This document shows, piece after piece, positions 38,964-48,352 of a stretch of 64,000 nt of DNA (the stretch's first letter is position 1; each line of letters opens with the position of its first letter). The stretch comes from Candidatus Sumerlaeia bacterium (lineage in GTDB: Bacteria; Sumerlaeota; Sumerlaeia; JADFCW01). The position numbers and the translations under genes are program-made. The stretch spans positions 625-64,624 of the forward strand of contig JAOAGV010000011.1 in the NCBI GenBank assembly GCA_026415575.1, written 5' to 3'. The notes beneath the pieces were generated by a model. It made no database searches. It had not been told where the DNA came from and worked only from the letters and a program-made list of their open reading frames with translations.

Positions 38964-40094
38964 ATGTTGCCCGAAAAACGATTGCTGATCATTGACGACG
39001 AGCGCCGCATGGCCGACAGCCTCCAGTCGCTGTTTGAGGCCGAGGGCTATCGCGCCGATGTCGCCTACGGCGGCGTAGAGGGCATCGAGAAGATTCGCGT
39101 CAACGACTATCATGTCATCATTACCGACATCCGCATGGGCGACCGCGACGGTTACGACGTCATGCGGTTCGTGCGCGACAACCGCCCCAAGGCCCTCGTC
39201 ATTGCCATCACCGGCTATGTCTCGACCGAGTCGGTCATTCAGGCCATCCGCCAGTCGGCGTTTGACTACGTGCCCAAGCCGTATGAATTCGACATGCTGC
39301 GGGGGGTGGTCGAGCGCGCTTTTGTCCAGATCGAAACCCGCCAGATGCGCGAGGATTTGATTTCGATGATCACCCACGACATCAAAGTCCCGCTCGGAAC
39401 GATCATCGGCTACGCACATCTGGCACTCGAAAGCGGAAGCGACAATCTGCCGGCCCAAACGCGCGAGTTTCTCGAACTGATCTCCATCAACAGCCAGCGC
39501 ATCCTTTCGCTGGTGGACAACTTCCTGACCACCTGCCGGGTCGAGGCCGGCCGGCTCGAAATTCTCGAAATGCCCGTCAATCTGCTCGAAGTGATCGAGG
39601 ACTTGCGGCCGATCAGCGACCTCGAAGCCCGCAAGCGCGATGTCGAGCTGCACGTCCGCATCGAGCCGTGCGAAACGACGGTGCTCGGCGATGCGAATTT
39701 GCTGTTTCGCGCTCTCGGAAATCTCTTTCACAACGCCATCAAATACGCCGGTCACAAAGGCTGGGTTGAAATTGTCATGCGCAACGCCGACCTCGAGCGC
39801 GAAGGCCAACGCGTCCGCTGTGTGCTGGTCGAAATCGCCAACAGCGGCGAGGGCATTGCGCCCGAGGCGCTGCCGCGCATTTTCGAACGGTTCGAGCGCT
39901 GGGGCGCTGCGCGCGGGTCCCATGAGGGCGCCGGTTTGGGACTGTATGTCGTACGCTGTATCGTCGAATCGCACCACGGCTTTATTGATGTCGAAAGCCA
40001 GCCCGGCGAACGCACCGTGTTTCGCGTCTATTTCCCGCTGGCTCCGGCTGATGCAGTTGCCGCGGAACCAATCGCGGCGGATCAACCTGAATAA
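38964..40094 (+). CDS. Cytoplasmic receiver-histidine kinase hybrid (REC-HisKA-HATPase)
   Basis: IIDDE/TDIRM/KP receiver; THDIKVPL H-box; NAIKY, GEGI and GAGLGL ATPase boxes. Confidence 0.9.
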   Translation: MLPEKRLLIIDDERRMADSLQSLFEAEGYRADVAYGGVEGIEKIRVNDYHVIITDIRMGDRDGYDVMRFVRDNRPKALVIAITGYVSTESVIQAIRQSAFDYVPKPYEFDMLRGVVERAFVQIETRQMREDLISMITHDIKVPLGTIIGYAHLALESGSDNLPAQTREFLELISINSQRILSLVDNFLTTCRVEAGRLEILEMPVNLLEVIEDLRPISDLEARKRDVELHVRIEPCETTVLGDANLLFRALGNLFHNAIKYAGHKGWVEIVMRNADLEREGQRVRCVLVEIANSGEGIAPEALPRIFERFERWGAARGSHEGAGLGLYVVRCIVESHHGFIDVESQPGERTVFRVYFPLAPADAVAAEPIAADQPE

Positions 40095-40109
40095 TAAAAC
40101 GAGACGGCG

Positions 40110-41285
40110 ATGCTGGTTCTGGGGATTGAAAGCTCCTGCGACGAAACGTCGGCCGCCGTTGTTCGCGACGGCCGCCATGTCCTGTCCAACATTGTTTGGT
40201 CGCAGGTGAAACTTCATGCCCCCTACGGCGGGGTGGTTCCGGAGCTGGCTTCGCGCGCACACATTCGCAACATCTCCACTGTGGTGGATTTGGCGCTGAA
40301 ACGTGCGGGCGTGGATTTGGAAGCCATTGATCTGATTGCGGTGACGTGCGGTCCGGGCTTGGTCGGCTCACTTCTGGTCGGCGTGGAGTTCGCCAAGGCA
40401 CTGGCATTTGCGCGCAACCTGCCGCTGGTGGCCGTTCATCATATAGCCGCGCATCTCTACTCGCCCTTTTTGCGGCAAGCCCCCCGCGCGCATGATCTAA
40501 GGTTATCCGACAAGTCTGGCAAGTCCGACCCGTCTGACAAATCCGACAGGTCCAATTCCGCCCCGCGCGCCCCGCGGCCGCGCTATCCTTATCTGGGCTT
40601 GGCAATTTCGGGCGGCCATACCAGTCTGACGCGCGTTGAGCGGCCGGGCGAATATCGCACACTGGGCGAGACGCGCGACGACGCCGTCGGCGAGGCCTAT
40701 GACAAAGTGGCCAAGTTGCTCGGTCTGGGCTATCCCGGCGGCCCGTTGATTGACAAAATGGCCGCCGAGGGCAATCCGCGCGCGGTACGTTTCCCGCGGC
40801 CGATGCGCGGTGAAAAGACGCTCGACTTCTCGTTCAGCGGCCTCAAAACCGCCGTCCTTCACCATGTCGAATCCGTCGGCCTCGAAACCATTCGCGCCGA
40901 CCGTGCCCGGCTGTGCGGCATCGCCGCCTCGTTTCAGGCCGCCGTCATAGACTCGCTCCTTGAAAAGACCTGCGTGGCGCTTCACCGCGAGCGACTCGAC
41001 TCGCTTGCCGTGGTCGGCGGCGTTGCGTGCAATGCCGGTCTTCGCCGCGCGCTGGCCGACCTCCACCGCGCATCCTCCAGTCGCAGCGCCCCGTCTCCAT
41101 CCATCCTTCCACGTCCCTCATCGCTCAAAAACCTGTGGATTCCCCCGCCCTCGCTGTGCACCGACAATGCGGCGATGATTGCCGGCCTTGGCTATCATTT
41201 ATTTCGTTCCGGCCGCCGCGACAATGACCTTTCGCTGAACGCGGACCCGGGCTGGCCACTGCAAACCCCAACCCGGCCGGAGTAA
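40110..41285 (+). CDS. tsaD: tRNA N6-threonylcarbamoyladenosine synthesis protein TsaD (with two low-complexity insertions)
   Basis: GIESSCDET, GGVVPELASRAH, HHIAAH, SGGHT, DDAVGEAYDK, FSFSGLKT and CTDNAAMI motifs. Confidence 0.96.
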   Translation: MLVLGIESSCDETSAAVVRDGRHVLSNIVWSQVKLHAPYGGVVPELASRAHIRNISTVVDLALKRAGVDLEAIDLIAVTCGPGLVGSLLVGVEFAKALAFARNLPLVAVHHIAAHLYSPFLRQAPRAHDLRLSDKSGKSDPSDKSDRSNSAPRAPRPRYPYLGLAISGGHTSLTRVERPGEYRTLGETRDDAVGEAYDKVAKLLGLGYPGGPLIDKMAAEGNPRAVRFPRPMRGEKTLDFSFSGLKTAVLHHVESVGLETIRADRARLCGIAASFQAAVIDSLLEKTCVALHRERLDSLAVVGGVACNAGLRRALADLHRASSSRSAPSPSILPRPSSLKNLWIPPPSLCTDNAAMIAGLGYHLFRSGRRDNDLSLNADPGWPLQTPTRPE

Positions 41286-41307
41286 TATCCATCCGTCCAT
41301 TCTGTCC

Positions 41308-42204
41308 ATGCCGTCCATGTCGTCCATCCCAAAAACCCTCCTCCAAAAAGTTTTCATCGTCCTCGAGATGATCAAATTCGAGCACACGCTGTTTGCCCTG
41401 CCCTTCGCCCTCATGGCCATGCTGCTAGCCGCGCGCGATTTTCCCTCGCCGGGCAATCGCCTGCCGTCGGCCCGCGTAATCATTCTCATCGTGGTCGCCT
41501 GCTATGCCGCGCGCTCGGCCGCCATGGCGTTCAACCGCCTTGCCGACCTTGAACAAGACCGCGAAAACCCGCGAACCCGCAATCGTGCCCTTCCGGCCGG
41601 ACTGCTTTCGCCGCATTTTGTGCGGGCTTTCACCCTTGCCCACATTGTGCTGTTTCTTTGGACCGCATGGATGCTCAACTGGCTTGCGTTTGCCCTGTCG
41701 CCGGTTGCCTTGGCGATCATTCTTGGTTATTCGTATGTCAAGCGGTTTTCCTTTACAACCCATTTCATTCTCGGTCTGGCACTTGGAATTGCCCCGATGG
41801 GCGCATGGATTGCCGTACGCGGCAGTTTTGACATCCGGCCCATGATCCTCAGTCTCGCCGTGTTGCTCTGGACCGCCGGATTTGACATCATATATGCTTG
41901 TCAGGACTATGCTTTCGATGTTTCCAAAGGACTGCATTCCATTCCCGCACGCTTCGGAATCCCAAAGGCCTTGGTCGTTTCTTCCGGTTTGCATGTTTTG
42001 GCATGGCTGGCGCTGATGATCTTTGCATGGGCTGCGCGGAGCGGCTGGCTATTTATAGGAGGGGTGGTTTTGGTAGGCTTTCTGCTAATTTACGAACATG
42101 CCATTGTCAAGCCAAATAACTTGTCACGTGTGAATGTCGCCTTTTTCAATGTCAACGGCGTGGTTGGCATTTTGCTCTTTTTATGTTTCTTACTGGAAAT
42201 GTAG
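41308..42204 (+). CDS. UbiA family polyprenyltransferase (MqnP/4-hydroxybenzoate-type); start uncertain
   Basis: IKFEHTLFALPF, AMAFNRLAD..D..NPRT, GFDIIYACQD..FD and AFFNVNG motifs. Confidence 0.9.
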   Translation: MPSMSSIPKTLLQKVFIVLEMIKFEHTLFALPFALMAMLLAARDFPSPGNRLPSARVIILIVVACYAARSAAMAFNRLADLEQDRENPRTRNRALPAGLLSPHFVRAFTLAHIVLFLWTAWMLNWLAFALSPVALAIILGYSYVKRFSFTTHFILGLALGIAPMGAWIAVRGSFDIRPMILSLAVLLWTAGFDIIYACQDYAFDVSKGLHSIPARFGIPKALVVSSGLHVLAWLALMIFAWAARSGWLFIGGVVLVGFLLIYEHAIVKPNNLSRVNVAFFNVNGVVGILLFLCFLLEM

Positions 42205-42227
42205 CCGGCTGCGCGGGGAGGCCGACT

Positions 42228-42377
42228 GTGTTCTGCCGTAGATGTAAGGTGAAAATGGTCGAGCAAAAGCGTGTTTTTCACAAACAGCGCAAATGGATTT
42301 GCCCGCGCTGCGGCCGTGCACGAATGCAGCGACATGGAAAGAAGCCGAAAGAGTTTGTGCACCGCGCCGGTGTCTGA
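42228..42377 (+). CDS. Small basic zinc-ribbon protein (49 aa)
   Basis: GGGGAGG RBS then GTG; CRRC-x17-CPRC. Confidence 0.6.
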   Translation: MFCRRCKVKMVEQKRVFHKQRKWICPRCGRARMQRHGKKPKEFVHRAGV

Positions 42378-42396
42378 ACCGCTGTTTTTCCGTCTG

Positions 42397-43176
42397 CTAC
42401 CGTGAGAGCCAGCCTCCGTCCACCGCAAGAATAAATCCGTTCACATAATCCGAGGCCGCAGAGGCCAGAAACACCACAGCGCCTTTCAGCTCGTGTGGTT
42501 CGCCCCAGCGTCCGGCCGGAATGCGCGCCACAATGTCCGGATTGCGTTTCGGGTCCTCGTAAATCCCGCGCGTCAGCTCCGTCCGCATGTAACCCGGCGC
42601 AATCGCATTGACCTGCACATTGTATTTTGCCCATTCGTTGGCAAACGCTTTGGTCAACTGCGCCACTCCCCCCTTGCTGGCCGCATAGGCCGGCACCAGA
42701 ATTCCTCCCTGAAACGACAGCATCGAGGCAATGTTGATGATCTTGCCCCCACCCTGCCGGATCATGCGTCGGCCCGCCTCCTGACAGGCGATGAAAACGC
42801 TCTTGAGGTTCACCGCAAGGGTCCGATCCCACTCGTCTTCCGGATAGTCCTCCGCCTTCACGCGGTGACAGATCCCGTGGGCGTTGACCAAGATATCCAC
42901 CCGGCCGAATTCGCGGTCGGCCAATTGAAACAGGTTGCGCACAGACTGCGGCTCGCCGGCCTCGACCTCGGCCGCAATGCACACCCGTCCGAGCTGTCCG
43001 GCAAGTCGGCACAGACCGTCGAGCCGCTCGCGCCGGCGGGCCGTAACAATCGCATCGGCGCCCATTTCCAGAAGCGCCTCGGCCAGGGCATTGCCCAGCC
43101 CGCCCGAAGCGCCGATGATCACGGCTTTCCTGCCGGACAGGTTGAACAAATCGCTTGTGGGAACTGGTTGGGACAT
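42397..43176 (-). CDS. SDR oxidoreductase, 2-dehydro-3-deoxy-D-gluconate 5-dehydrogenase (KduD)-like
   Basis: GASGGLG, GKIINIASMLSFQGG, YAASK, NAIAPGY and VDGGWL motifs; GGAGG RBS. Confidence 0.88.
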   Translation of the reverse strand: MSQPVPTSDLFNLSGRKAVIIGASGGLGNALAEALLEMGADAIVTARRRERLDGLCRLAGQLGRVCIAAEVEAGEPQSVRNLFQLADREFGRVDILVNAHGICHRVKAEDYPEDEWDRTLAVNLKSVFIACQEAGRRMIRQGGGKIINIASMLSFQGGILVPAYAASKGGVAQLTKAFANEWAKYNVQVNAIAPGYMRTELTRGIYEDPKRNPDIVARIPAGRWGEPHELKGAVVFLASAASDYVNGFILAVDGGWLSR

Positions 43177-43440
43177 CGGAACCCTCCGCCTGAAATTGTA
43201 AAGAGCGAGTACATTTCCACGGAATTTTGACGGCCGCAATTTCTTGTGCGGCGAATGGTTGCCTCACTCAACCCTCTCATTTCAGTCCGTCAAGCGGGAA
43301 AGTTTCAACCGCAACTTCATCGGACGGACTGATCGTGAATCCAAAGCGAAAGCGTTCTTCCCTTTTGTCTTGCGTCGGAAAGCCCAAACGCAAAGACTTG
43401 CCGCTGAGTGGCAGTTTCATTCCGCGAAAGGAGTCGTTCC

Positions 43441-44196
43441 ATGCGGTTGGCGCTGATCGGATACGGAAAAATGGGCCGGGCGATCGAAGCACTGGCGCCT
43501 GCGCGCGGCCACGAAATCGTCGCAACGGTTGATTTGAAAGACCGCGCGGCCAAATTCCGGCGCCTGACCCGGCAGGCCGTCGAGGCCGCCGATGTTTGCA
43601 TCGAGTTCACCGCGCCCAACGCCGCGCTCGGCAACCTGCTGCGGCTCTGTCAACTGGGCAAGCGCGTGGTGACCGGCACGACCGGCTGGTTCAATCACCT
43701 CGACGAGTTTGCGGCGGTGGTGGCGAAGAAAAAAGCTACCGTGCTGTATGGGGCGAACTTCTCCATTGGGGTCAACCTGTTCTACCGGCTGGTTGAACGT
43801 GCGGCGGAATTGTTTGGCGCGCTTGACGATCGCGACTTCTATGTGGCCGAAGCGCACCACCGTGCCAAACTCGATGCCCCCAGCGGCACGGCGAAACGTC
43901 TGGCCGAGATTATTCTTGCCAAAAGCCGCCGCAAAAAACGTCCGCTCCAGCGCCTCGAAGGACCGATTGCCGAAGACCAACTGCAAATCGTCTCGACCCG
44001 CGCCGGCTGGATTACCGGCGTTCATCGCGTCGGCATCGAGGGGCCGCACGATTCGATTGTACTCGAACATCAGGCGCGCTCGCGCGATACGTTTGCCGAC
44101 GGCGCGCTGCGGGCGGCCGAGTGGATTGTCTCCGCGGCCCCCGGCCTGTATCGCTTCGAGGACGTCCTCGATCAGCTCGTGCGCATGGCGCCATGA
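43441..44196 (+). CDS. dapB: 4-hydroxy-tetrahydrodipicolinate reductase
   Basis: IGYGKMG, GTTGW, NFSIGVN, EAHHRAKLDAPSGTA and FADGA motifs; AAGGAG RBS. Confidence 0.95.
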   Translation: MRLALIGYGKMGRAIEALAPARGHEIVATVDLKDRAAKFRRLTRQAVEAADVCIEFTAPNAALGNLLRLCQLGKRVVTGTTGWFNHLDEFAAVVAKKKATVLYGANFSIGVNLFYRLVERAAELFGALDDRDFYVAEAHHRAKLDAPSGTAKRLAEIILAKSRRKKRPLQRLEGPIAEDQLQIVSTRAGWITGVHRVGIEGPHDSIVLEHQARSRDTFADGALRAAEWIVSAAPGLYRFEDVLDQLVRMAP

Positions 44197-44279
44197 AAGG
44201 CCACGGCAGAAGACACTCGGCAAACAGACATACCGGAGGCGAATGCCGCGGTGTTTGTTTCGTTGCAGAAGATCTTTTC

Positions 44280-44397
44280 TTTGGACTTTTCGCAGCCACG
44301 CCGCCGCTTTCTTCCGTGCTTTCGCCGTCCAAAGATAACGTTCAAATGAAAGACCTGCGCATCCAGCCAAGCGGCAGAATGGCTGCGCGCAGTCCAA
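44280..44397. repeat. Degenerate second copy of the REP doublet
   Basis: TTTGGACTTTTCGCAGCCACGCCGCCGCTTT (44280-44310) and AAGCGGCAGAATGGCTGCGCGCAGTCCAA (44369-44397) resemble the arms at 35402/35514. Confidence 0.6.
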
Positions 44398-44539
44398 GAT
44401 AAAAACAGCCGTTTGCCAATTTCGAGGGATGTGCTCTTAATTGGATTTCCCTCCGAGGTTCCGCCTTGACTTTTAATTGCGGAATGCGGATTGCAAATGG
44501 CGGTTGAAAAACGGAATGCAGACGCACAGGAGGCGAAGC

Positions 44540-44836
44540 ATGTTTCGGAATACGAGTTGGTGGAAAACGGCTCTGGCGATGCTGGCTGGAGCGGTCTTGA
44601 CACTGGCGGTTCAATCAATCGGCGAGAAATGGACACGCCGTGCCGAGGCGGCCTCGATCAGCCAACTGGCCCAGCAAACCATGGCCAATTTGGTTGGCTC
44701 GCTGCCGATTGTCGGCGGCGACAAAATTCGCGGCGTGGCCGGACTGGGCGATGGGCGCACGTTCATCGTCTATACGGACACGAACATCAATTTCTACCAG
44801 TTCGGCATGGCCACGCCGGCGCCGATGGGCCGTTAA
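44540..44836 (+). CDS. Small hypothetical exported/membrane-anchored protein (98 aa)
   Basis: AGGAGG RBS; hydrophobic N-terminal segment then AEA; beta-rich C-terminus. Confidence 0.65.
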   Translation: MFRNTSWWKTALAMLAGAVLTLAVQSIGEKWTRRAEAASISQLAQQTMANLVGSLPIVGGDKIRGVAGLGDGRTFIVYTDTNINFYQFGMATPAPMGR

Positions 44837-45057
44837 GTTCCCGCCGCAAAATTGGCGAGAAAAACGCTTGACCCAGAGCCGAGGGCGTGCAAGACAACGG
44901 TCGGTCGTTTGGAAATGGATTTTTCAGCGGGCTGAATCGCACAGTCGGCAAAGCACGGGCGGCGGGAAAGGTGGAACAACGCAGCATTTTTTCGCCGCGC
45001 CCCGGGCAATGTCGCTGCACAACAGCCCCAACATCCTACCGCATTCGGAGGGGACAC

Positions 45058-46026
45058 ATGAAACTCGGCGTTCTGACGGTTCTATTCGGAGGCCAGCCTC
45101 TGGAAAAGGCGCTCGACTATGTCAAAGAGGCCGGCCTGCAGGCGGTCGAAATCGGCACGGGCAACTATCCCGGCGACGCCCACTGCAAACTTGACGCCAT
45201 GCTCAAGAGCGAAGACGAGCGCAAGAAGTTCATGGACGCGATCAAGAGCCGCGGCCTCGAAATCTCCGCACTGTCCTGCCACGGCAACGCGCTCCATCCC
45301 GACAAAAAGTTCGCCGAAAAGAGCGTGGATACGCTCAAGAAGACCATCCAGTTGGCCAAACTCCTCAAGGTCAAAACGGTCATTGACTTCTCCGGCTGCC
45401 CCGGCGAAGGCCCCAACGCCACCAAACCCAACTGGGTGACCTGCCCTTGGCCGCCCGACTTCCTCGAAATCCTTGAATGGCAGTGGGACAAGGTGGCCAT
45501 CCCGTTCTGGAAAGACATGGCCAAGTATGCCGCCGACCATGGCGTGCGCATCGCCTTCGAGATGCATCCGGGCTTCATCGTCTACAGTCCCGAAACGCTG
45601 CTGCGAATCCGCGACGCCTGCGGCAAAAACATCGGCGCCAACCTCGACCCCTCGCATCTGTTCTGGCAGGGCATTGACCCCATCGTTGCAGTGCGTGAAC
45701 TGGGGAAGGCCAAGGCCATCTTCCATATCCACATGAAGGATACGAAGATTGACCCGATCAACACGGCCTTTACGGGTGTGCTCGACACCAAGCACTACAG
45801 CGACGTCCAGAAGCGGTCGTGGGTTTTCCGCACGGTCGGCTACGGACATGGCGCGGAGTTCTGGAGCAACTTCATCTCGACGCTTCGGGCGTTCGGCTAC
45901 GACGAGTATCTGAGCATCGAGCATGAGGACGGCCTGATGTCCATCAACGAGGGCTTCATGAAGGCCGTTCGCTTCCTGCAGGGCCTCATCTTGACCGAGA
46001 AGCCCGGCGCCATGTGGTGGGCATAA
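45058..46026 (+). CDS. Sugar phosphate isomerase/epimerase (TIM barrel)
   Basis: EIGTGNYPG..HC, SCHGNALHP, FEMHPG, NLDPSHLFWQG, HIHMKD, FRTVGYGH and SIEHED motifs. Confidence 0.9.
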   Translation: MKLGVLTVLFGGQPLEKALDYVKEAGLQAVEIGTGNYPGDAHCKLDAMLKSEDERKKFMDAIKSRGLEISALSCHGNALHPDKKFAEKSVDTLKKTIQLAKLLKVKTVIDFSGCPGEGPNATKPNWVTCPWPPDFLEILEWQWDKVAIPFWKDMAKYAADHGVRIAFEMHPGFIVYSPETLLRIRDACGKNIGANLDPSHLFWQGIDPIVAVRELGKAKAIFHIHMKDTKIDPINTAFTGVLDTKHYSDVQKRSWVFRTVGYGHGAEFWSNFISTLRAFGYDEYLSIEHEDGLMSINEGFMKAVRFLQGLILTEKPGAMWWA

Positions 46027-46064
46027 GACAAAGGCGCGACCAACTCTGTCTCGTCAGACCTTTG

Positions 46065-46098
46065 GAAGGGCGGACTGCGAGGTTCGCCCTTTTTTATT
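46065..46098 (+). terminator. Intrinsic terminator
   Basis: AAGGGCGGAC-TGCGAG-GTTCGCCCTT followed by TTTTATT. Confidence 0.8.
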
Positions 46099-46261
46099 CT
46101 GAGCAGTTCGCAGAATAACGGATTACGCGAGTGAAAAGGTAATCTACGACCCTTCGGCGATTTCACGCGCCTGCCGTTTTTTAAATCTGTGTGAATCCGT
46201 GCAACTCTGTGCTGTACGACTTTTCACACAGGCGTCAATTCTATTGCAAACTATCAAAGGC

Positions 46262-46297
46262 AAAACAAAAGTACGCCTCTTGGAGAGGCGTCCTTTT
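46262..46297 (-). terminator. Intrinsic terminator for the prepilin gene (possibly bidirectional)
   Basis: ACGCCTCT-TGG-AGAGGCGT flanked by an A-tract on the left and a T-tract on the right. Confidence 0.65.
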
Positions 46298-46345
46298 AGA
46301 GTGCCAAATCCAGTTTTCCGTGGCTGCGGAAACAGCCTCTATTCC

Positions 46346-47011
46346 TCACCGCGACCAGCTGTAGGGGTCCACGGCGCCGCGGTTGTTGCTGTTGTCGGCA
46401 TTGGACCCGTGCGGCCTGCTGCCGGCGATGAAGTTCACCGGAACCTTGCCGGCGTGGCGATAGATGTCGCCCCAGCTGACCGTGCCGTTGGTCGGATCAT
46501 ACGGCATGGCGTCGCGCGTATAGGGATACTGGCTGTTGAGATTGGTGTCGTCGGCGTTATCCGGCCCGTAGCTCATGCCCATCCATTCAGTCATCGGCTG
46601 ATTGCGGTCAATCCACGGCCCGAGGTAACCGCCCGCGCACTGATAAAACGGGTCCAACAAGTCGCCATCGCCCGCCTGCACGGAACTGCTGCGTGTGCCG
46701 TAATTGACAAACGCATCGCGGAAGGCCGTGGTCAAATAGGCCACCGGTGTCGAAAGCTGACTCCACATGGGCCCGGGCCGAAACTGCATCCGGGTATCCA
46801 CAGCGCCCCACGATACACCCGTGGGATAGCTGTTCCAGTCCACGTAATAGGCTTTGACGGCCGTGTCTATCTGCCGCAAGTCGCTTTGGGCGCGGGCCAC
46901 TTTCGAGCGCACTTGGGCTTCGAGGAAATTGGGAATGGCAATGGCGGCCAAAATGGCGATGATGGCTACAACGATCAGAAGTTCAATGAGGGTAAATCCT
47001 TTCTTGTGCAT
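46346..47011 (-). CDS. Prepilin-type N-terminal cleavage/methylation domain protein
   Basis: KKG|FTLIELLIVVAIIAILAAIAIPNF; C-terminal SYGPD...YDPTNGTVSWGDI. Confidence 0.92.
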   Translation of the reverse strand: MHKKGFTLIELLIVVAIIAILAAIAIPNFLEAQVRSKVARAQSDLRQIDTAVKAYYVDWNSYPTGVSWGAVDTRMQFRPGPMWSQLSTPVAYLTTAFRDAFVNYGTRSSSVQAGDGDLLDPFYQCAGGYLGPWIDRNQPMTEWMGMSYGPDNADDTNLNSQYPYTRDAMPYDPTNGTVSWGDIYRHAGKVPVNFIAGSRPHGSNADNSNNRGAVDPYSWSR

Positions 47012-47532
47012 GACAGTGTTTCCTTTGCTGGAAATGATAGAGGGTCCACATGGACCGCTCGTGCTACAGGGCGCGGCACCGTTGTGCAGGCCGCGCGCGG
47101 CAATAAGTTTTACCTCAGGACGGCACCATTTCTTCCCTCTAAGGAAAGCGTCGCGGCAGCCCTTCTTTATTCGCGGGATCCATAAAAGAATTTAGACGGA
47201 TGACGGAGTATTTCCCCTGCCCGTCGGACGCTTGGACCGTCCCGTCGGTTTCCCTTTCTGTCCCCCCTTTCCTTTTTGCACTTTCTACCAAATCACCAAA
47301 TACATATTTGGTGCTAATCGGACATATCCGTCAAGCAAAAATGTACCCCGGTTCTCGAGCGATGCGCTTTTTTTGCAAAAAATGCTTGCAGGGGTAAACG
47401 CGTTGTGGTCAAAATCCTTTCTGTTTTAGGGTAACCGGTTCTCCCATAGGCACTTTTCCCGAATGTTCTGCCTCCAGGCCTCAGAACCTCTATAAGTGAT
47501 TAACGAACCAGCGGCACGTGTTCTAAAATGGT

Positions 47533-48126
47533 ATGCCTGTTATCGGATTGACGGGGTCGTTTGGGAGCGGCAAGACGACCGTGGCCGAGATGTTTCGGCG
47601 GCGCGGGGCTCGTATCATTGACGCCGATGCCATTGCGCGGCAACTTGTCGAACCCGGTTCCCCGGCTCTCCAAGAAATTGTTGACCTGCTCGGTCAACCC
47701 ATACTGCAACCGGACGGACGCTTGAATCGCGCGGCTGTGGCCGAGCGTGTGTTTGCCGATGAATCGCTGCGCCAACGCCTCAATGCCATCCTCCATCCCC
47801 GCATCCGTGCCATCGAGGAAGAACAACTGGCGCAATGGCGCAACGAGCCGCTGGTGGTCCTGTCCGTGCCGCTGCTGCTTGAAAACCGCATGGAGCACCT
47901 TGTGGATTGCGTGGTCGTTGTGGCGGTGGACGAGGCGGTGCGTGCGGAACGCCTCCGTCGCCGCGACGGCCTGACCGATGCCCAGATCGCCGCGCGGCTC
48001 AAAGCCCAAATGCCTCAGGAAGAGAAGATCGCGCGAGCCGACTATGTCATCTATAATTCCGGCTCGCTGGAAGAAACCGAACGACAGGTGGAAGAACTGG
48101 TGAGAAGAATTGGAAGCGACAAATGA
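47533..48126 (+). CDS. coaE: Dephospho-CoA kinase
   Basis: IGLTGSFGSGKT, IDADAIAR, LNAILHP, VPLLLE and ADYVIYNSG motifs. Confidence 0.95.
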   Translation: MPVIGLTGSFGSGKTTVAEMFRRRGARIIDADAIARQLVEPGSPALQEIVDLLGQPILQPDGRLNRAAVAERVFADESLRQRLNAILHPRIRAIEEEQLAQWRNEPLVVLSVPLLLENRMEHLVDCVVVVAVDEAVRAERLRRRDGLTDAQIAARLKAQMPQEEKIARADYVIYNSGSLEETERQVEELVRRIGSDK

Positions 48127-48145
48127 GAAATAACGACGGAACGGG

Positions 48146-48295
48146 ATGGACGATATGGACGGAATGGACAGGATGAACCGGATGGGCTTTAAGGAAACAA
48201 GTTCATGGAGGGCGGGCTGGCCGCAGCGGGCATACCGCCCGGCGCATTCTGACCGCTCCGTCCATCACGTCAAATTTGTCCCTGCCGTCCATCTT
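48146..48295. repeat. Inverted pair of 9-bp tandem arrays (ATGGACNNN / GTCCATNNN) in the rho leader
   Basis: atggacgat-atggacgga-atggacagg-atgaaccgg (48146-48181) and gtccatcac-gtcaaattt-gtccctgcc-gtccatctt (48260-48295). Confidence 0.7.
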
Positions 48296-48352
48296 ACATC
48301 GCTGCCACACATCACTTCAAATTTCACTTAGAAACAGAAAGGAGCACAACCC

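Noticed and set aside
31595..48295. Short repeat arrays as CRISPR
   Set aside because: Units are 7-9 bp, degenerate and lack unique spacers; no cas genes.
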